64,000 bases of DNA from the NCBI GenBank assembly GCA_040285825.1, contig JAUPSS010000010.1, positions 1,052,881 to 1,116,880 of the forward strand, read 5' to 3'. The translations under genes were made by a program, and so were the position numbers. Positions within the stretch are counted from its first letter, which is position 1, and each line of letters begins with the position of its first letter. The stretch is from Eukaryota sp. TZLM1-RC. Its lineage: Eukaryota; Protista; Metamonada: BaSk clade. The notes below the pieces were generated by a model that made no database searches, had not been told where the DNA came from, and worked only from the letters and a program-made list of their open reading frames with translations. This document shows, in pieces, positions 46,247 through 58,290 of this stretch.

Positions 46247-47842
46247 TTAGTCTTTTTGTGTAAGATCTGGTAATAAACCAAGAAATAATTCATTATTACC
46301 TCCATCAAAATCAAATCCTTCTAAAACATAACTACATCCATCTAAATCAATCAAGAAAAGTTTCGACCCATCAAAAGACCAATCTAGACTTGATAGGGGT
46401 TTATTAACTGCTTCTTTATATAAGGGAGTTTCAATAGAATGAGTTAATGACCAAATTTCAATTACTCCATTTCCTAAACAAATAGCAAACACTAGTGGAA
46501 AAAAAGAATTCCATTTGCAAGAAAATAATGGAAATGAATAGCTATTGGAAAGTAATTGAACTGTTTGAGTTGAGGTTACTAAAAGCAAATGCCAAGTCCA
46601 ATTTGAATAAGTAATCAGTAATAAATCCCCAGAAACTAATTCCTCCAGATGAAGACAGTCTAAATCTTCAACATTACCAATTCCTTCGGTAATAACTCTT
46701 GATTCCTCTAATGATTGATTGACCAAGACCACGCTATTTCTGTTTCCAATAAATACATTAAAACTAACATCAGATATAGCCATCTTTAATAATTGATCGC
46801 TTTCAACCTCAAACTGCCAAATCTTTTTCAGTGTCTCAACACTTCTTATAATTAATTTACCATCTGCAGAAATCGAGCAAATGTTACCATTAGAAAGTGA
46901 AGTAACTGAGGTTATTGACAAGAAAGCTTCATCTTCCTCATAATTAGTCCATATTACCGGATTTAAACTATTATTTTGAGTGGAATTCCTCAAATCCCAA
47001 ACAAAAAGCTGGCCGTTACTGCAACCACCTACAACTAAATGAGGAAGTTCTTTATCAAAGCATGCAACAGTGACAGGGAAAGGGCAGGAAAGAGTGCAAA
47101 GAGGTGAATATAGCTGATCAAGAGTGTAAAGAAGAATTTGACCATTAGGCAAATGAGAGGGGGTAGTGGAGGTAGAGCAGAGAGAAACAAGAAAAGAAGT
47201 GGAGGAAAAGGATGTAGAGATTGACGTAGGGATGAATGAAGAGAGTGATTCGGGTAGAGAAAAAGTAGCAAGGTAGGAGAGAAAGGTTGGGGATAAAGGG
47301 TTTGATCTAGAAGCGTTCTCCTTGAGTGATTGGGTTGATGTAAGCACCTTTTCTACAGTGGAACAAGCAGAGGAAAGGAAGGAACGGTAGGCGTGAGAGC
47401 TTGTGATGGACTGCTTCTTGGTAGCAGTTAGCTGTTGGGGAACATGTTGAGTATCGGTTTGGGGTGTTGTCTGAACGTCAATGGAGTTTAACTTTGGTTT
47501 CTTGGGTACTGTGGATGTTGTGGTCTGGCAAGTGGTGGACAGTGATTGGGGAGGAGAGGGTGGGATGGTTAAAGACGAAAGATTGGAAGAGGTGAGGTCG
47601 TGAGATCGTGATTGCGAAGAAGAAAAGGATGTTAGGCATTGTTTCAAGAGGTTGTGTTTGTTTGAAACATGTGGTGGGAGGTCTAGGCCATTTGAGTCTA
47701 GGCCTAGCTGTTCTAGGATAGTGTTTAACGAACACAAATCCTGTGGGGGTTGTGGAATGGAGTCCAGTTCCGACTGTAGTGATTTTAAACGTGCCTGTTC
47801 TTGTAATATGCGTGATTCTATGTCAGAGGATACATAGTCCAT
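46247..47842 (-). CDS. WD40 protein, dynein intermediate chain-like
   Basis: N-terminal coil and Ser/Thr-rich linker; PHLVVGGCSNGQLFVWDLR; SISADG; KWNSFFPLVFA..GVIEIWSL; LDWSFDG. Confidence 0.7.
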   Translation of the reverse strand: MDYVSSDIESRILQEQARLKSLQSELDSIPQPPQDLCSLNTILEQLGLDSNGLDLPPHVSNKHNLLKQCLTSFSSSQSRSHDLTSSNLSSLTIPPSPPQSLSTTCQTTTSTVPKKPKLNSIDVQTTPQTDTQHVPQQLTATKKQSITSSHAYRSFLSSACSTVEKVLTSTQSLKENASRSNPLSPTFLSYLATFSLPESLSSFIPTSISTSFSSTSFLVSLCSTSTTPSHLPNGQILLYTLDQLYSPLCTLSCPFPVTVACFDKELPHLVVGGCSNGQLFVWDLRNSTQNNSLNPVIWTNYEEDEAFLSITSVTSLSNGNICSISADGKLIIRSVETLKKIWQFEVESDQLLKMAISDVSFNVFIGNRNSVVLVNQSLEESRVITEGIGNVEDLDCLHLEELVSGDLLLITYSNWTWHLLLVTSTQTVQLLSNSYSFPLFSCKWNSFFPLVFAICLGNGVIEIWSLTHSIETPLYKEAVNKPLSSLDWSFDGSKLFLIDLDGCSYVLEGFDFDGGNNELFLGLLPDLTQKD

Positions 47843-47844
47843 TC

Positions 47845-48245
47845 TTATAGATATTGTCTATATCAAAGGAATGAGTGTCCTTTTTGCACTGATGTAGAGG
47901 GACTGAGTTTTGTCCTTCACTCACCTTTTTTGAAATTTCAACCTTGGTTCTCAGCAAATATGACGGTCTTTCTACTACCATTTACATGTGCTTCCATCAC
48001 TGCTTATGTCTAGCGAAGGCTTTCTATCTCTATTCTATGAACTTTCGTATGATTTTCCCATGGTACGCCCGGGATGAATAGACATCTCATGGCTCTTCCT
48101 TGGATTTGGATTTCTGTACCATTGCAACGTTTTGTTTTTTCTGCTTTCGTAAATCTGAAATAACAACATCTTGTTCGAAACTCATCATTTAAAGAGAACT
48201 TATAACCAGCCTTTTTAAATCAAATTCTCAAACTTTTTCCATTTT
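47845..48245 (-). pseudogene. Fanzor 3' remnant including the element right end
   Basis: Reverse complement aligns with 45030-45452 (KKAGYK..NDEFRT..NRD..RPSYL; AAACTCAGTCCCTCTACATCRGTGYAAAAAGGACACT). Confidence 0.8.
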
Positions 48246-49329
48246 AAGTGTTTGTTGAGTAGTGTTAGTCTCACATAGTCATATTGATATTGTCATATCA
48301 AGTCAGTTACGTATTCTGAGATTTAACATTTACAATTTTACCAGATAAGATCATAAGATCTATTCCTGGAACATTCACATTTTAAACAGCAAACCTTAAC
48401 TAAAGCTTTTACCTACTCAAACCCCATCAATTGAATGATGGGAAGTTTTCGCTATTCACTTGAATAGCAACTGTCTCTTTTTAAAGCTCCGTCATGTTAT
48501 TCAAAGTGGAGTCAGTAACGAGGAAGGGCTTGTCAATAACACAATACAATTCTGTTCTTCCAAATCAAAAAATCAAATGTGCGACCACTCTCTTTGAGAA
48601 GCTTTCCTAAATCATCTAAAAAATTTACACCTTCACTTCCTAAAATTGAAATAGCAATTGAAAAAAATACAACAGAATTCTCAAATTTACTATCATGACA
48701 CTGTTTTAAAATCGATCAAATACCAAATTTGGAATATTCTGAACTGTTTCTCAAAGTTGTTTCACAATTCAAAATGATTTCTATAAGAGTAATAACTCAC
48801 TTTATTTCCTTAACTCTTTTTTGGCTCTTTTTTAAGCTCTTTTTTTGAGCTCTGGTCAACACTTCTAAACTCAAACAATTATTTTAGAAATAAACGAATA
48901 ATTCATGAAATTTTGAAAGTTTCAAGATCAAATTTGTTTCCAGTATCGACGTTATGTCACCACCTGTGTTTGTTCACACTACCTTTTGTGAAATCAAAAA
49001 CATTAAAAGGGACAGTCACTTGTGAAACTAATATTTACTATTGTCTTGAATTGTAGTTGACTTTACCTCGATGTCATCTAACTGAATCGTTGAGTTTTGT
49101 CTTGTTATTTACATTGGAATAATTACCAATTATGATGCATGAATAACAGAACACGATCTACTGATACACTTTATAATCAAGATAAAGAGATAATTCAACA
49201 AACAAAACCAAAACAGAAATCACTACATGGTAAGAAACGTCCAAAATTAGTGTAAATTGCTTTACACAATTTTAAAATTAGTCTTGAAAAGTATTAATAA
49301 CTTTTTTAAGCGTAGTTTACAGAAATCAA

Positions 49330-50780
49330 CATCTCAATAATTCATCTTTCCCAAAACAAAACAACGAGTGAAACTCTCTCATGGTGAGATCCGCGAGAAA
49401 AGCAGAGCATAAGAACCATCTTCAACATCCCCTTAGAAATAGAAAACACAATTCTATTTTGCCAAAACAATCTGTTGAAATTTCTGTTAGTTCTACACTT
49501 TACAATCATTTTAAAATCTGCCAAAATATTGTAAAACAATGGAAGCAAGTACACCAATGAGAGAAATAGAGAAACAACAAATGGATACAAATTGTATTTT
49601 GCATGTTGTAGACTGGCCAATTGTGATAAAGGTTCATTGTATTTTTTGATTTTGAAATTTTCAAATACGGAATAATAATTATGAATTTGTTTCATAAACT
49701 TAACTTCAGAACTCAACCAAGTCAATCAAATGTACTGTTAGAAACAAACACATTATTATGGTAATAAGGATTGTTATTCCTTAAACTATTATAGGAAGTA
49801 AAAACCAAAAATTAATTTTTTACCACAAAACCGATTTAGATAAAACTCTGATAGATTATAATTAATTCGACTATTACTATATGGTAATAGAGTTATCAAT
49901 CCTATAACAGTATACATCACCTCCATCATCAGAACCAAAATTATTCAATGACAGTGTTTCCTTCAACAGAGGTTCTTTGATACACAAATTCTTGCAGTTT
50001 GTGCCATATTGAAAACAGTGTCTCTAACAGCATCATGTAATAAAGAACGATAAGTTATCAATTTCGAACAATCCAGAGCATGTCGCAAAGTGAGTTCAGG
50101 TGAATTCGAACAAATGCATGTTTCTTTTGTTAATAATTGATTAATGGGGATATTCAAATATAATCTCATTTTTGTTACAAATGCATTATTAGTGGCACAC
50201 AATCCAAATCTTCGTGGTACAATGGTTACAAAAAGTGAAAAATCTGATGACTGGTTTTCACAAACACCCTTTTCCAATAACAATGAATGAAGATCTTGAT
50301 TTAAAACAGCCGAGCTGCATATACTTTTGTGAAGATCATTTTCATACATCCCGGTCAATTGTTTCTGTAATGTTCGATGAGTGTACTTCAAATTTAAAAC
50401 ATTCTTTTCTGGAATATTGCAATTGAATGATTGGGAAAAGCATCGACCCCATTTTTCTACTTCATTTTTTAAAATTTTTTCATTTAATGAAAACAGTGGA
50501 ACTTTGCGTTGTCATTAATAAATCTTCTCAATCTGCAAATCTTTCGGAAAACTCAAAGATTGCATTTCTGCATCCACCAATAAAAACACACGAATTAAGA
50601 ATAGAAGCCTCTGTCCAACCTCAACCGCCATAATGTGGATTAAAAACAGCATGATCTAAGATTTGAAACCTTTTACATTCATTTTAATTTGGAAAATACT
50701 GAATGATTCAATATTTTCTTTTGCCAATTTTGTTGAAAAATTCTTTAAAACAAACAGTTGCATCCCTGACAATCGTTGAA
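49330..50780 (-). mobile_element. Degraded CRE-like non-LTR element, 3' half (continuation of 53693-54104 across the Gypsy insertion)
   Basis: HYGG.GW..ASIL, CICSN..HALDC, LHDAVRD, EP, HAKYNLYPFVVS, FWQNRIVFSI. Joining 50780 to 53693 approximately restores the sequence seen uninterrupted at 34457-34510. Confidence 0.75.
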
Positions 50781-53692
50781 GCTGACGATAGTATTGGGCA
50801 CTCCACATTCAAACATTATTTAGATGAGTTGGGCTGTAGAATATGCCTGGATGACATTAGGGACGAGGAACGCCTAGTCTTGCTACTAGAAGAATAAAGA
50901 GATGTGTTCAGTGGGCTACCTCACCCGGATGGAATAGATTGTCAGCCGATGACCATTCCATTTTACGACGAAAGTAAGATCGTCAAAAGGAAACCTCGAA
51001 GATTAAACCCAGAAAAACAACGGGTAGCCGAGGAAATTTTTAACGAATTGATCCGTAATGGATTTGCTGTGCCCGCAAAGTGTCAATTCAGTAGTCCCAT
51101 CTGTCTTGTGATTTACCCTGATCACAGGAAACCACGATTAACTGGCGATTTTAGTGGTATTGGTGGAGTAAATGATTTAACTATACCTGTAGAGGCAAAT
51201 TTGCCCAGGATTAGCGATATCTTAGAGTTTCTAAGTAAAGCTAATTATATAGCAACTTTAGATTTACCTAAGGCATTTTGGCAGCTCAAAATTGCAGAAG
51301 AGGACATTGATAAAACCACCGTATCAATTCCCGGGATGTCGATCAGTTTTAAAAGGGCTTGTTTTGGTTTGAAGAACGTTCCTGCAGTCTTCCAAAACAT
51401 GATGATGGAAATTTTTGATTCCGGTGGTGTATTTATGTATATCGATGATATAATAATAGTAGCTTCGACCCTGGATGAATTTGTATCTAGAGTAGGTACG
51501 GTCCTAGAACGCGCCAAACGTTTTAGAGTTAACCTGGGCCTAGCCAAGTGCAGCTTTACCACTTGCAAACATGAAATAAAAATTCTAGGTAGTATTTTTG
51601 TAAACAAAACCCGTTGTATAATTTTACTAATTCTCACTGACAGTAGTTTAGAAAATTATTTAATTTCGAGGAAATTAACTATATTCACTGATCATAGAAA
51701 CTTTGAATACCTTATATCAGCTCCTGAAAAGAACAGAATTGTGAAAAGGTAGACTACCAATAATGTCAGAATTCAATTTTGATGTAGTTCACACTGCAGG
51801 CGAGGAGAATTATTGGGCAGACATGTTGTCTAGATTGGTGGATACCAAACCTAAAACTCCTCGAGTCCAACAAGTGAGAAACTTGGCACCTCACAGAGTT
51901 GAAGAACAATTACCCTATTTAAATTTATTAACTAGAGTTAATTTGTTAAGGAATGATATTACTTAACCGTCCACAATTGAGCTACCCACGATCAATAGCT
52001 TATCTGCATTAAAAGAAGCAGTTGAGGATACTAAATTTGATTTATTCGACACTTGGATCTCAAAGATTAGGCAAGAACAACTTATAGATGTTGATTCAAA
52101 ACCTGATTATTATAAAGATTACAAATATAATTCTGATATTCAATTGTATACCAACAATCGTGGGAAGATTGTTATCCCAGATAGTTTAAAGAAGCAGACT
52201 TTAACTATCATTCATGGACATGCAAATGTTGGTCATTCTAGTGTGACGGCTAGCGTAAAGAAATTACTCAATAGTGATTACTTTTGGCCCGACATGCGCA
52301 AAGACATGATTAACCATATTAAGAGATGCCCAGCATGTCAAAAGACGGCCCATGTGCCTAAAAATGTCATTGAATCATCTGGCTCTCTTTGGGCTGATCG
52401 ACCTTTTGCACGATTAAACGCAGACACTATTGGACCATTACAACAAGATGACAATGGATTCAAATATTTAATAGTTTTTGTAGATTCGTTCACTAGGTAT
52501 ACGATCATTTGCCCTTTAAAGGAATTGAATGCAGTGGAGGCAACCAATCACCTCCTATGGAGTGTAGTATTAATTTTTGGTATCCCACTGTTGATTCACA
52601 GTGACAATGGTATTGAATTTGCAAATGTCATATTCAAAGGGTTATGCGATATATTAAACATTGAAGTAAGTCGTTCACTAACTAGCTTTTCACAAAGCAA
52701 TGGTTTAGTAGAAAGACGACACAGAGACATCTTACAAAGTCTAAGAAAGATTTTGGTGGACTCTGGCAATTATAGCAATTGGAGTGAATATATCCCAATT
52801 GTACAACTTCAAATCAATTCAACTATTAGTAGAGTTACTGGTCATTCGCCCTACAATTTAATGTTTGGTAGCAACCACAGCCCTAGAGCTGATCCTAGTA
52901 ATATGTTTGAACTTATAAAATCAGCTAATGTTAATATTCCCTTTGCTAAAGATCTTGAAGCAAAACTTGAAAGAATTTCAAAGAAGAGAGAAGAGGCAGA
53001 GCTAAGGCAAGCTCAACAACTGCCTGAAGTTAACAAACATAGGAACCCTTTTAATAAAGGTGACTTAGTTTTGCGATTAAAGACTAATGGTAAACTCCAT
53101 GGTTGCTTCGCTGGCCCTTTTCTCGTTGAAGAAGTTAAATCCAATAAAAGTTTATTACTCAAGAATCTTGTCACTGGTTCGATGTCTACGGCCAGTATAA
53201 ATCATTGTGAACTATACCTTTCAGACTTCCCTAAAGAAGATCTTGATTGGCATAAGAATATTGCTGCTGGCGATATAGAAGTATCTGTTATCGTTAAAAT
53301 TATAGATCACTTTGATTACGTAGATTCGAACAATAATGAAGTTCCTTAATGTACCGCAGCTTGGTATGGCGGCGAGACTTCGTCTGTCCCAGTTGCTGAC
53401 GTCAAAAGCACTGAGGCATATCAAACATATTTGCGCTCTATTAGTCCTCGCACTACCAGGAAACGGAAGGCATCTTCTAATTCCAAATCTAAGACTAATT
53501 CCCCGCAGTCAGTACTCGTAGCTCTCGTTCGAGATCTAAGAGAGGGAAAAGGTAGTGTTGTACTGTGAACAATTAGTCTAGTATATTTGTATTTATATAG
53601 TATAGTTCACTAGTGATGGCCTTTATAAGGGCCGGTGAAATTCAAATAAACTTATCCTTACTCTTTGTTATCATATGACATAGACGGCATCA
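50781..53692 (+). mobile_element. Ty3/Gypsy LTR retrotransposon, 5'-truncated (RT, partly deleted RNase H, integrase, chromodomain-like tail, 3' LTR)
   Basis: RT FSSPI, LDLPKAFWQ, FGLKNVP, YIDD; RNase H TDH..ENYWADMLSR; integrase H..H..C..C, D(TIGP), SDNG, ERRH, GPF; in-frame stops. Confidence 0.9.
53556..53692 (+). repeat. 3' LTR (~137 bp) preceded by a polypurine tract
   Basis: PPT AAGAGAGGGAAAAGGTAG at 53538-53555; TGTTG...CATCA ends; internal TTTATAA and AATAAA; CRE sequence resumes right after. Confidence 0.7.
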
Positions 53693-55453
53693 AACACCTA
53701 TAAAAAGAACATCATCCGTATAATAATCATTTTTAAGGAAGGAAACATTGCTTGAATATGTTATCAAATTGGATGAATGGCCAGACAAAACAACAGAGCT
53801 CCTTGTTTAACACCCCATGATGATTTCAAAATAGAATCAGCAAAATGCAAATCCGAATTCGTACTGAAAGATGTATGAATATATAGAAACAATTCCGGCA
53901 AGTAATTCAACAAGGCACCATGAATACTGCAACGATGAATTGAGAAAAAGGCATTACAAAATCCAACAACAAACAAACATTGAATTCACTTTGATTAAAT
54001 AAAACATCTGTAGCAACGACTGCCGAAGCAACTCCATCAGTGGTATTGATTCCGTGTTGGAACGGCAACAAATTCTTTTAGCTTTTTCTTTGAATCTATT
54101 CAAAGACCAAATTTATGTAATGTGCAAATCATATCGTGTAGATTCCTTTTTAGAACCGCTGTTATCAAAATTAATTCTTGATGATCCCAATATTGATAGT
54201 ACGCGTTACAACAGAGCTTCTATGGGTCTGACTAGAGGTGATCTAGTTGTTCCTGGTTTAAATGGTAGTTTTACTATTTTGGACGCCATGTCTATTGACC
54301 CTTGTAATTCCTCTAACGAACATTTCATTAACTCGGATGTAAATAATCCTCTTCTTGCAGGCGAAAAATATAAAATTGCTAAATATGCGAAACCCATTTC
54401 CTCGGTTAATGAAAATTCTCATGCCCAATATAATTTATGTCCATTTGTTTTTTCTTTGCTTGGATCTCTAGGTAAGGCTGCTATGGCTTTCCTTGAGGAT
54501 TTTGTTGTAGTTGTAAAGGAAAGAACTGGAAGAATTTTCAATCGTGTTTACTGGCAAAACAGGATTGTATTTTCTATTTTTAAGGGAATGGTAACACTAA
54601 TTTCTGATTCACTATCTTCTTTTGGGAAATTTTCTGAATCTTTAGCGATTAATTGTTTTGATGTAGGGGAGGCAGGTTTTGAGGATGTGGAGTTTTAATT
54701 GTGTATTTCATATTTGTTGTTGAATAAAAATATTTACAGAAAAAAAAATATTGGCATTCAACTTAATTTACTTAAATGTGTTTTACTTTCAAGTTCTCCA
54801 GTTTCTACAATAGTTGATGGTATTAAAATTCAAGCCAAATTATATTCAATTGATGCTAATCGTCAATTGGGTTCGTTTTTAGGAAATAATGATGAAATTA
54901 CCAAAAAACTGTTTAAAAAATTGAACTCAATTTCCGATAAAATTGACCGAATGATGACTTTAGATATACAGAAACATATCAAATTTACCATTATAAGACT
55001 GTGTTTCAGTTCCAATATCAATCATATATTTCGATCTACAAATCCTCTTATCACTAGACTTTTGGCTCAGAAGTTGAATGAATTACATGCAAAAGTTGAA
55101 GTAGACAATATATTCATTTTCACATTTACCAAAACTTTCTGAGTGTATTGCTTCATTTTTAAAATTAATAAATTTTTTATTTTAAAAGTTAAAAAAATGC
55201 AGGACAGTACCACACAAAAATTCTGTGCTAACACAAGGTAACTACAACAAGAGCACCACGCGTCATTAAGCAACAATTATAGTTGTTGAATGTTTCCACA
55301 TTCATTTTCATCTATTGATACCTAGTCAAATGGTACTTATCGTGCCGACCGCTGAATACATTGACATCCGCAATCAAAGAGGACTTGCCGATCACATGCT
55401 GGCGGAAAGAAAGAAATTGAACATGTTTGCAATACACCTCAAAAACCAATTTA
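53693..55453 (-). mobile_element. TRIM4-linked degraded CRE-like fragment (55453-55096 and 54104-53693) interrupted by two plus-strand CRE pieces
   Basis: Same junction after the TRIM stop; same GVKQG-ALLFCLA deletion; YTDD at ~53712-53723. Confidence 0.75.
54105..54731 (+). mobile_element. Young 5'-truncated copy of the 24-26 kb CRE-like element (RLE plus 3' end)
   Basis: Matches 25581-26207 at a constant 28524-bp offset; only two synonymous differences noticed. Confidence 0.9.
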
Positions 55454-55461
55454 TTTACAAA

Positions 55462-57501
55462 CTAAGTCCCTTTACTAGCCCATACAATAGAATTGGCAAA
55501 CAACCTGTGACCATCAGTTGAGCTTTGCCAGCCAGCACTATTAATATCACTACTCCATTCATTACATCCAAACTCCACAATTCTACCTTGTCCTATTTCA
55601 TTCTTTGCAATTAAAGGACTTCCATTAGACACACTTGCCAACAAGGTTCCATTGACAAGTTGGGCATCTTTACGAGCATAAGGAACAGCAAATGAGTTGA
55701 CATTTGTGAATATTGGGTCATTTGACTTTGTTTTAACAATGTTTTGTTGTGATCCAAGGTCAGCCCATTTACCCCCACTAAAGCAAGAGTAATTAAACCC
55801 TTGGGGGCTTTTTGGTGGATAATTGTTGAACAATACCAAACCTTTACCAGCTTCTAACAGCTTGTTTAGGTATTGGCCGGGACAAGATAATAATCGAGGA
55901 CACAAAACCACCACATCAAAGGGTTCAAGTTCGTTGTAATTGTTGATGTCGTTACCACTTGAATTAATAACAACTTCTAAATCCCCCCAATTTTCAGTTA
56001 AACCTTGATTAAGCTTGGTGGGTAGTTCGATAATGAAGCCTGAATCACCCCAAACCCCAACACTAATTTTGGACATCAATTCCCTTCCTAATAAATTTCT
56101 GGAAATTTCACCAATATTGTCCCTTGAACAATTCTTTTTGATAACCTTCTCCAACCATTCTTCTTTTCTTTTATTTAAAGAATTTGTTAAAGTGATATTT
56201 GATAATAAATTACTTGGAATAGTTGGTAATTCTGGAACTAATTCAAATGAATAATTATCAATAACCTTGCCTAATAACAAAGAATTAGAATGTTGAATTG
56301 CAAAATTAAAAACATTGAAAAATTCATGATTGGAAAACCCACCAAATTCCAATTTAGCAATAACTAAATCAAAATCAATATTGGAAACTAAATTAGATTC
56401 AAGGTTAAAGAGCCAAATAAAATCTGAAACATTAATTGATTTTGAATTTTTGACAAAATTGATAATTAATTTTTGTTTTAATTCCGAGTCAATTTCAAGA
56501 GGAATTAATTCATCAATTTCATCTCTTGAAGGGACACAATCTTGACCAATTTGGGCAGCAAAGACAAGTTCTTGAGCTCTTTTTGAAATATTCAGCTTGT
56601 CAACATCAATCAACTGCTTGCCAAGTAATTTAGCTAATAAAGATAGTTTAAAACCAATAGTTTCAGATTCTAAATTATCAAAACAAGTAAATAAACTAGT
56701 TTTAAATTCATCAACTACATTAAAAATCTTTTGAATCTCTTCTTCAGCTCTTTCCTTGGCAGCACCATCAAAAGCAAGTGATTCTTCGACAGTATTTGAG
56801 GATTCCAACTGTTGAAGTTTGGTGCCTGACTGTCTAATCAAATCACCAATCAAATCATGAAGAATTGATTGGGATTGATTGAGGGTTTCCCTTACGACAG
56901 ATTCTACTTTATCCGCGGATTGAACTACCAAGGGGGTAATAGTGGAAGTATTGGCTTGAAACTCTTCAATTTGCTTTGTGAAGGCTTCCTTGGCTTGCGA
57001 AAAAGAAACGAGAGCTTCGTGGTGAAGTGAGTGGCCTTGTAGCAAACCACATGAATCACAGAGAGCAACCTTGCACTTGGTGCAATAATGCTCGATTTGC
57101 TTACCCTTATGGTGAGGGCATTTTGGTAGGGAGACCTTTGAGCGTTCGGAGAGGGGTACGACGTTGTGGGATTGGAATGCTTTCATTGCGTGAACACCAG
57201 CAGAGCATTTCTCACAGAAAGAGAGATCACAGTTAGAGCAGAAGAGGGTGGCAGGAGCTTCTTCGCATCCTTTACAGTGTTGAGGTTCGGGAGAGTGTTG
57301 AGTGGAGGATTCAATGATGTCGCGCAGAGTGATGTTAATACGGTGGCACATGGAAGGAATCTCCTCGCGACACTGAGGACAGGTTGAGTTGTGCTTCTTC
57401 GAGGGCAACAGACATCGATCACGACAGAAGCTATGACCACAAGGGAGCGTGGTTGGTTGCTCCATGATCTGAAGGCATATTCCGCATTCTAGGTGAGACA
57501 T
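55462..57501 (-). CDS. TRIM-like protein copy 4
   Basis: Same architecture; intact ORF from MSHLEC. Confidence 0.85.
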   Translation of the reverse strand: MSHLECGICLQIMEQPTTLPCGHSFCRDRCLLPSKKHNSTCPQCREEIPSMCHRINITLRDIIESSTQHSPEPQHCKGCEEAPATLFCSNCDLSFCEKCSAGVHAMKAFQSHNVVPLSERSKVSLPKCPHHKGKQIEHYCTKCKVALCDSCGLLQGHSLHHEALVSFSQAKEAFTKQIEEFQANTSTITPLVVQSADKVESVVRETLNQSQSILHDLIGDLIRQSGTKLQQLESSNTVEESLAFDGAAKERAEEEIQKIFNVVDEFKTSLFTCFDNLESETIGFKLSLLAKLLGKQLIDVDKLNISKRAQELVFAAQIGQDCVPSRDEIDELIPLEIDSELKQKLIINFVKNSKSINVSDFIWLFNLESNLVSNIDFDLVIAKLEFGGFSNHEFFNVFNFAIQHSNSLLLGKVIDNYSFELVPELPTIPSNLLSNITLTNSLNKRKEEWLEKVIKKNCSRDNIGEISRNLLGRELMSKISVGVWGDSGFIIELPTKLNQGLTENWGDLEVVINSSGNDINNYNELEPFDVVVLCPRLLSCPGQYLNKLLEAGKGLVLFNNYPPKSPQGFNYSCFSGGKWADLGSQQNIVKTKSNDPIFTNVNSFAVPYARKDAQLVNGTLLASVSNGSPLIAKNEIGQGRIVEFGCNEWSSDINSAGWQSSTDGHRLFANSIVWASKGT

Positions 57502-57899
57502 TGGGAAATGAAGATGAGATAATGAATGGTGAAACAAAATATTTGAAGGGTTTTTCGTCATGCTTACGTGTCATTGATGATGGTTCTCTGGTTTTTGCAA
57601 TGCATTCAACAGGTGAAATGAGAACACAAGATGAAAGAATCTTCTTTTATTCAAACCACAGATTATTGTGTACAGATACTGAACAACCTTAGCTTTCCAA
57701 AATCTACATTGTTTTTATATATTTTTATTTATTCCAACAAAAACAAACTATACGACAAGGTTAAAATTCTATGTCTTCATAACCCAAATCAGCCAAGAAC
57801 AATTGACTGGAAGTTTTTCCTGGACTGGAAATCTTTATTCCCTTGTAATAAATTGCATTTAAGGTATACTCAATGTCTAACCCCCACAGATCTTCAAAA

Positions 57900-58290
57900 A
57901 TCGACCAAAAGTTATCAGCGAATGCGAAATTAGTTTTACCCTTCACAAAAATCGAAATAACAATTCTCTTTTCGAAGAACGATTGAACGTTCTTCCAACT
58001 TTTGGTTCAACAATAACCCTGAAATTCTCAGAAATTTCCAAAGCAAGATAGAGGGACACAAATTGTCTTAAGACTAGGAATTTTCATTCCTAGAAGAAAT
58101 GAGTATTTAGGGGTATATTTGGGAACTTTGTATTTTTCCCCAGCATGAAGAAAATAATTGGTATCAAAACTCATAAAGTAGTGATTACTAGAATAATAAG
58201 GGTCGATAGACATAGCATCTCAAATAGTGAAGCTTTCATATGAACCAGGAACAACCACATCGCCCCTTTCTGCACTTACATAAGCATTTT
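57900..58290 (-). mobile_element. Degraded RLE 3' fragment of a CRE-like element
   Basis: RGDVVVPG..DAMSIDP..AGEKYKVPKY; paralogous to 25710-26070. Confidence 0.7.
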
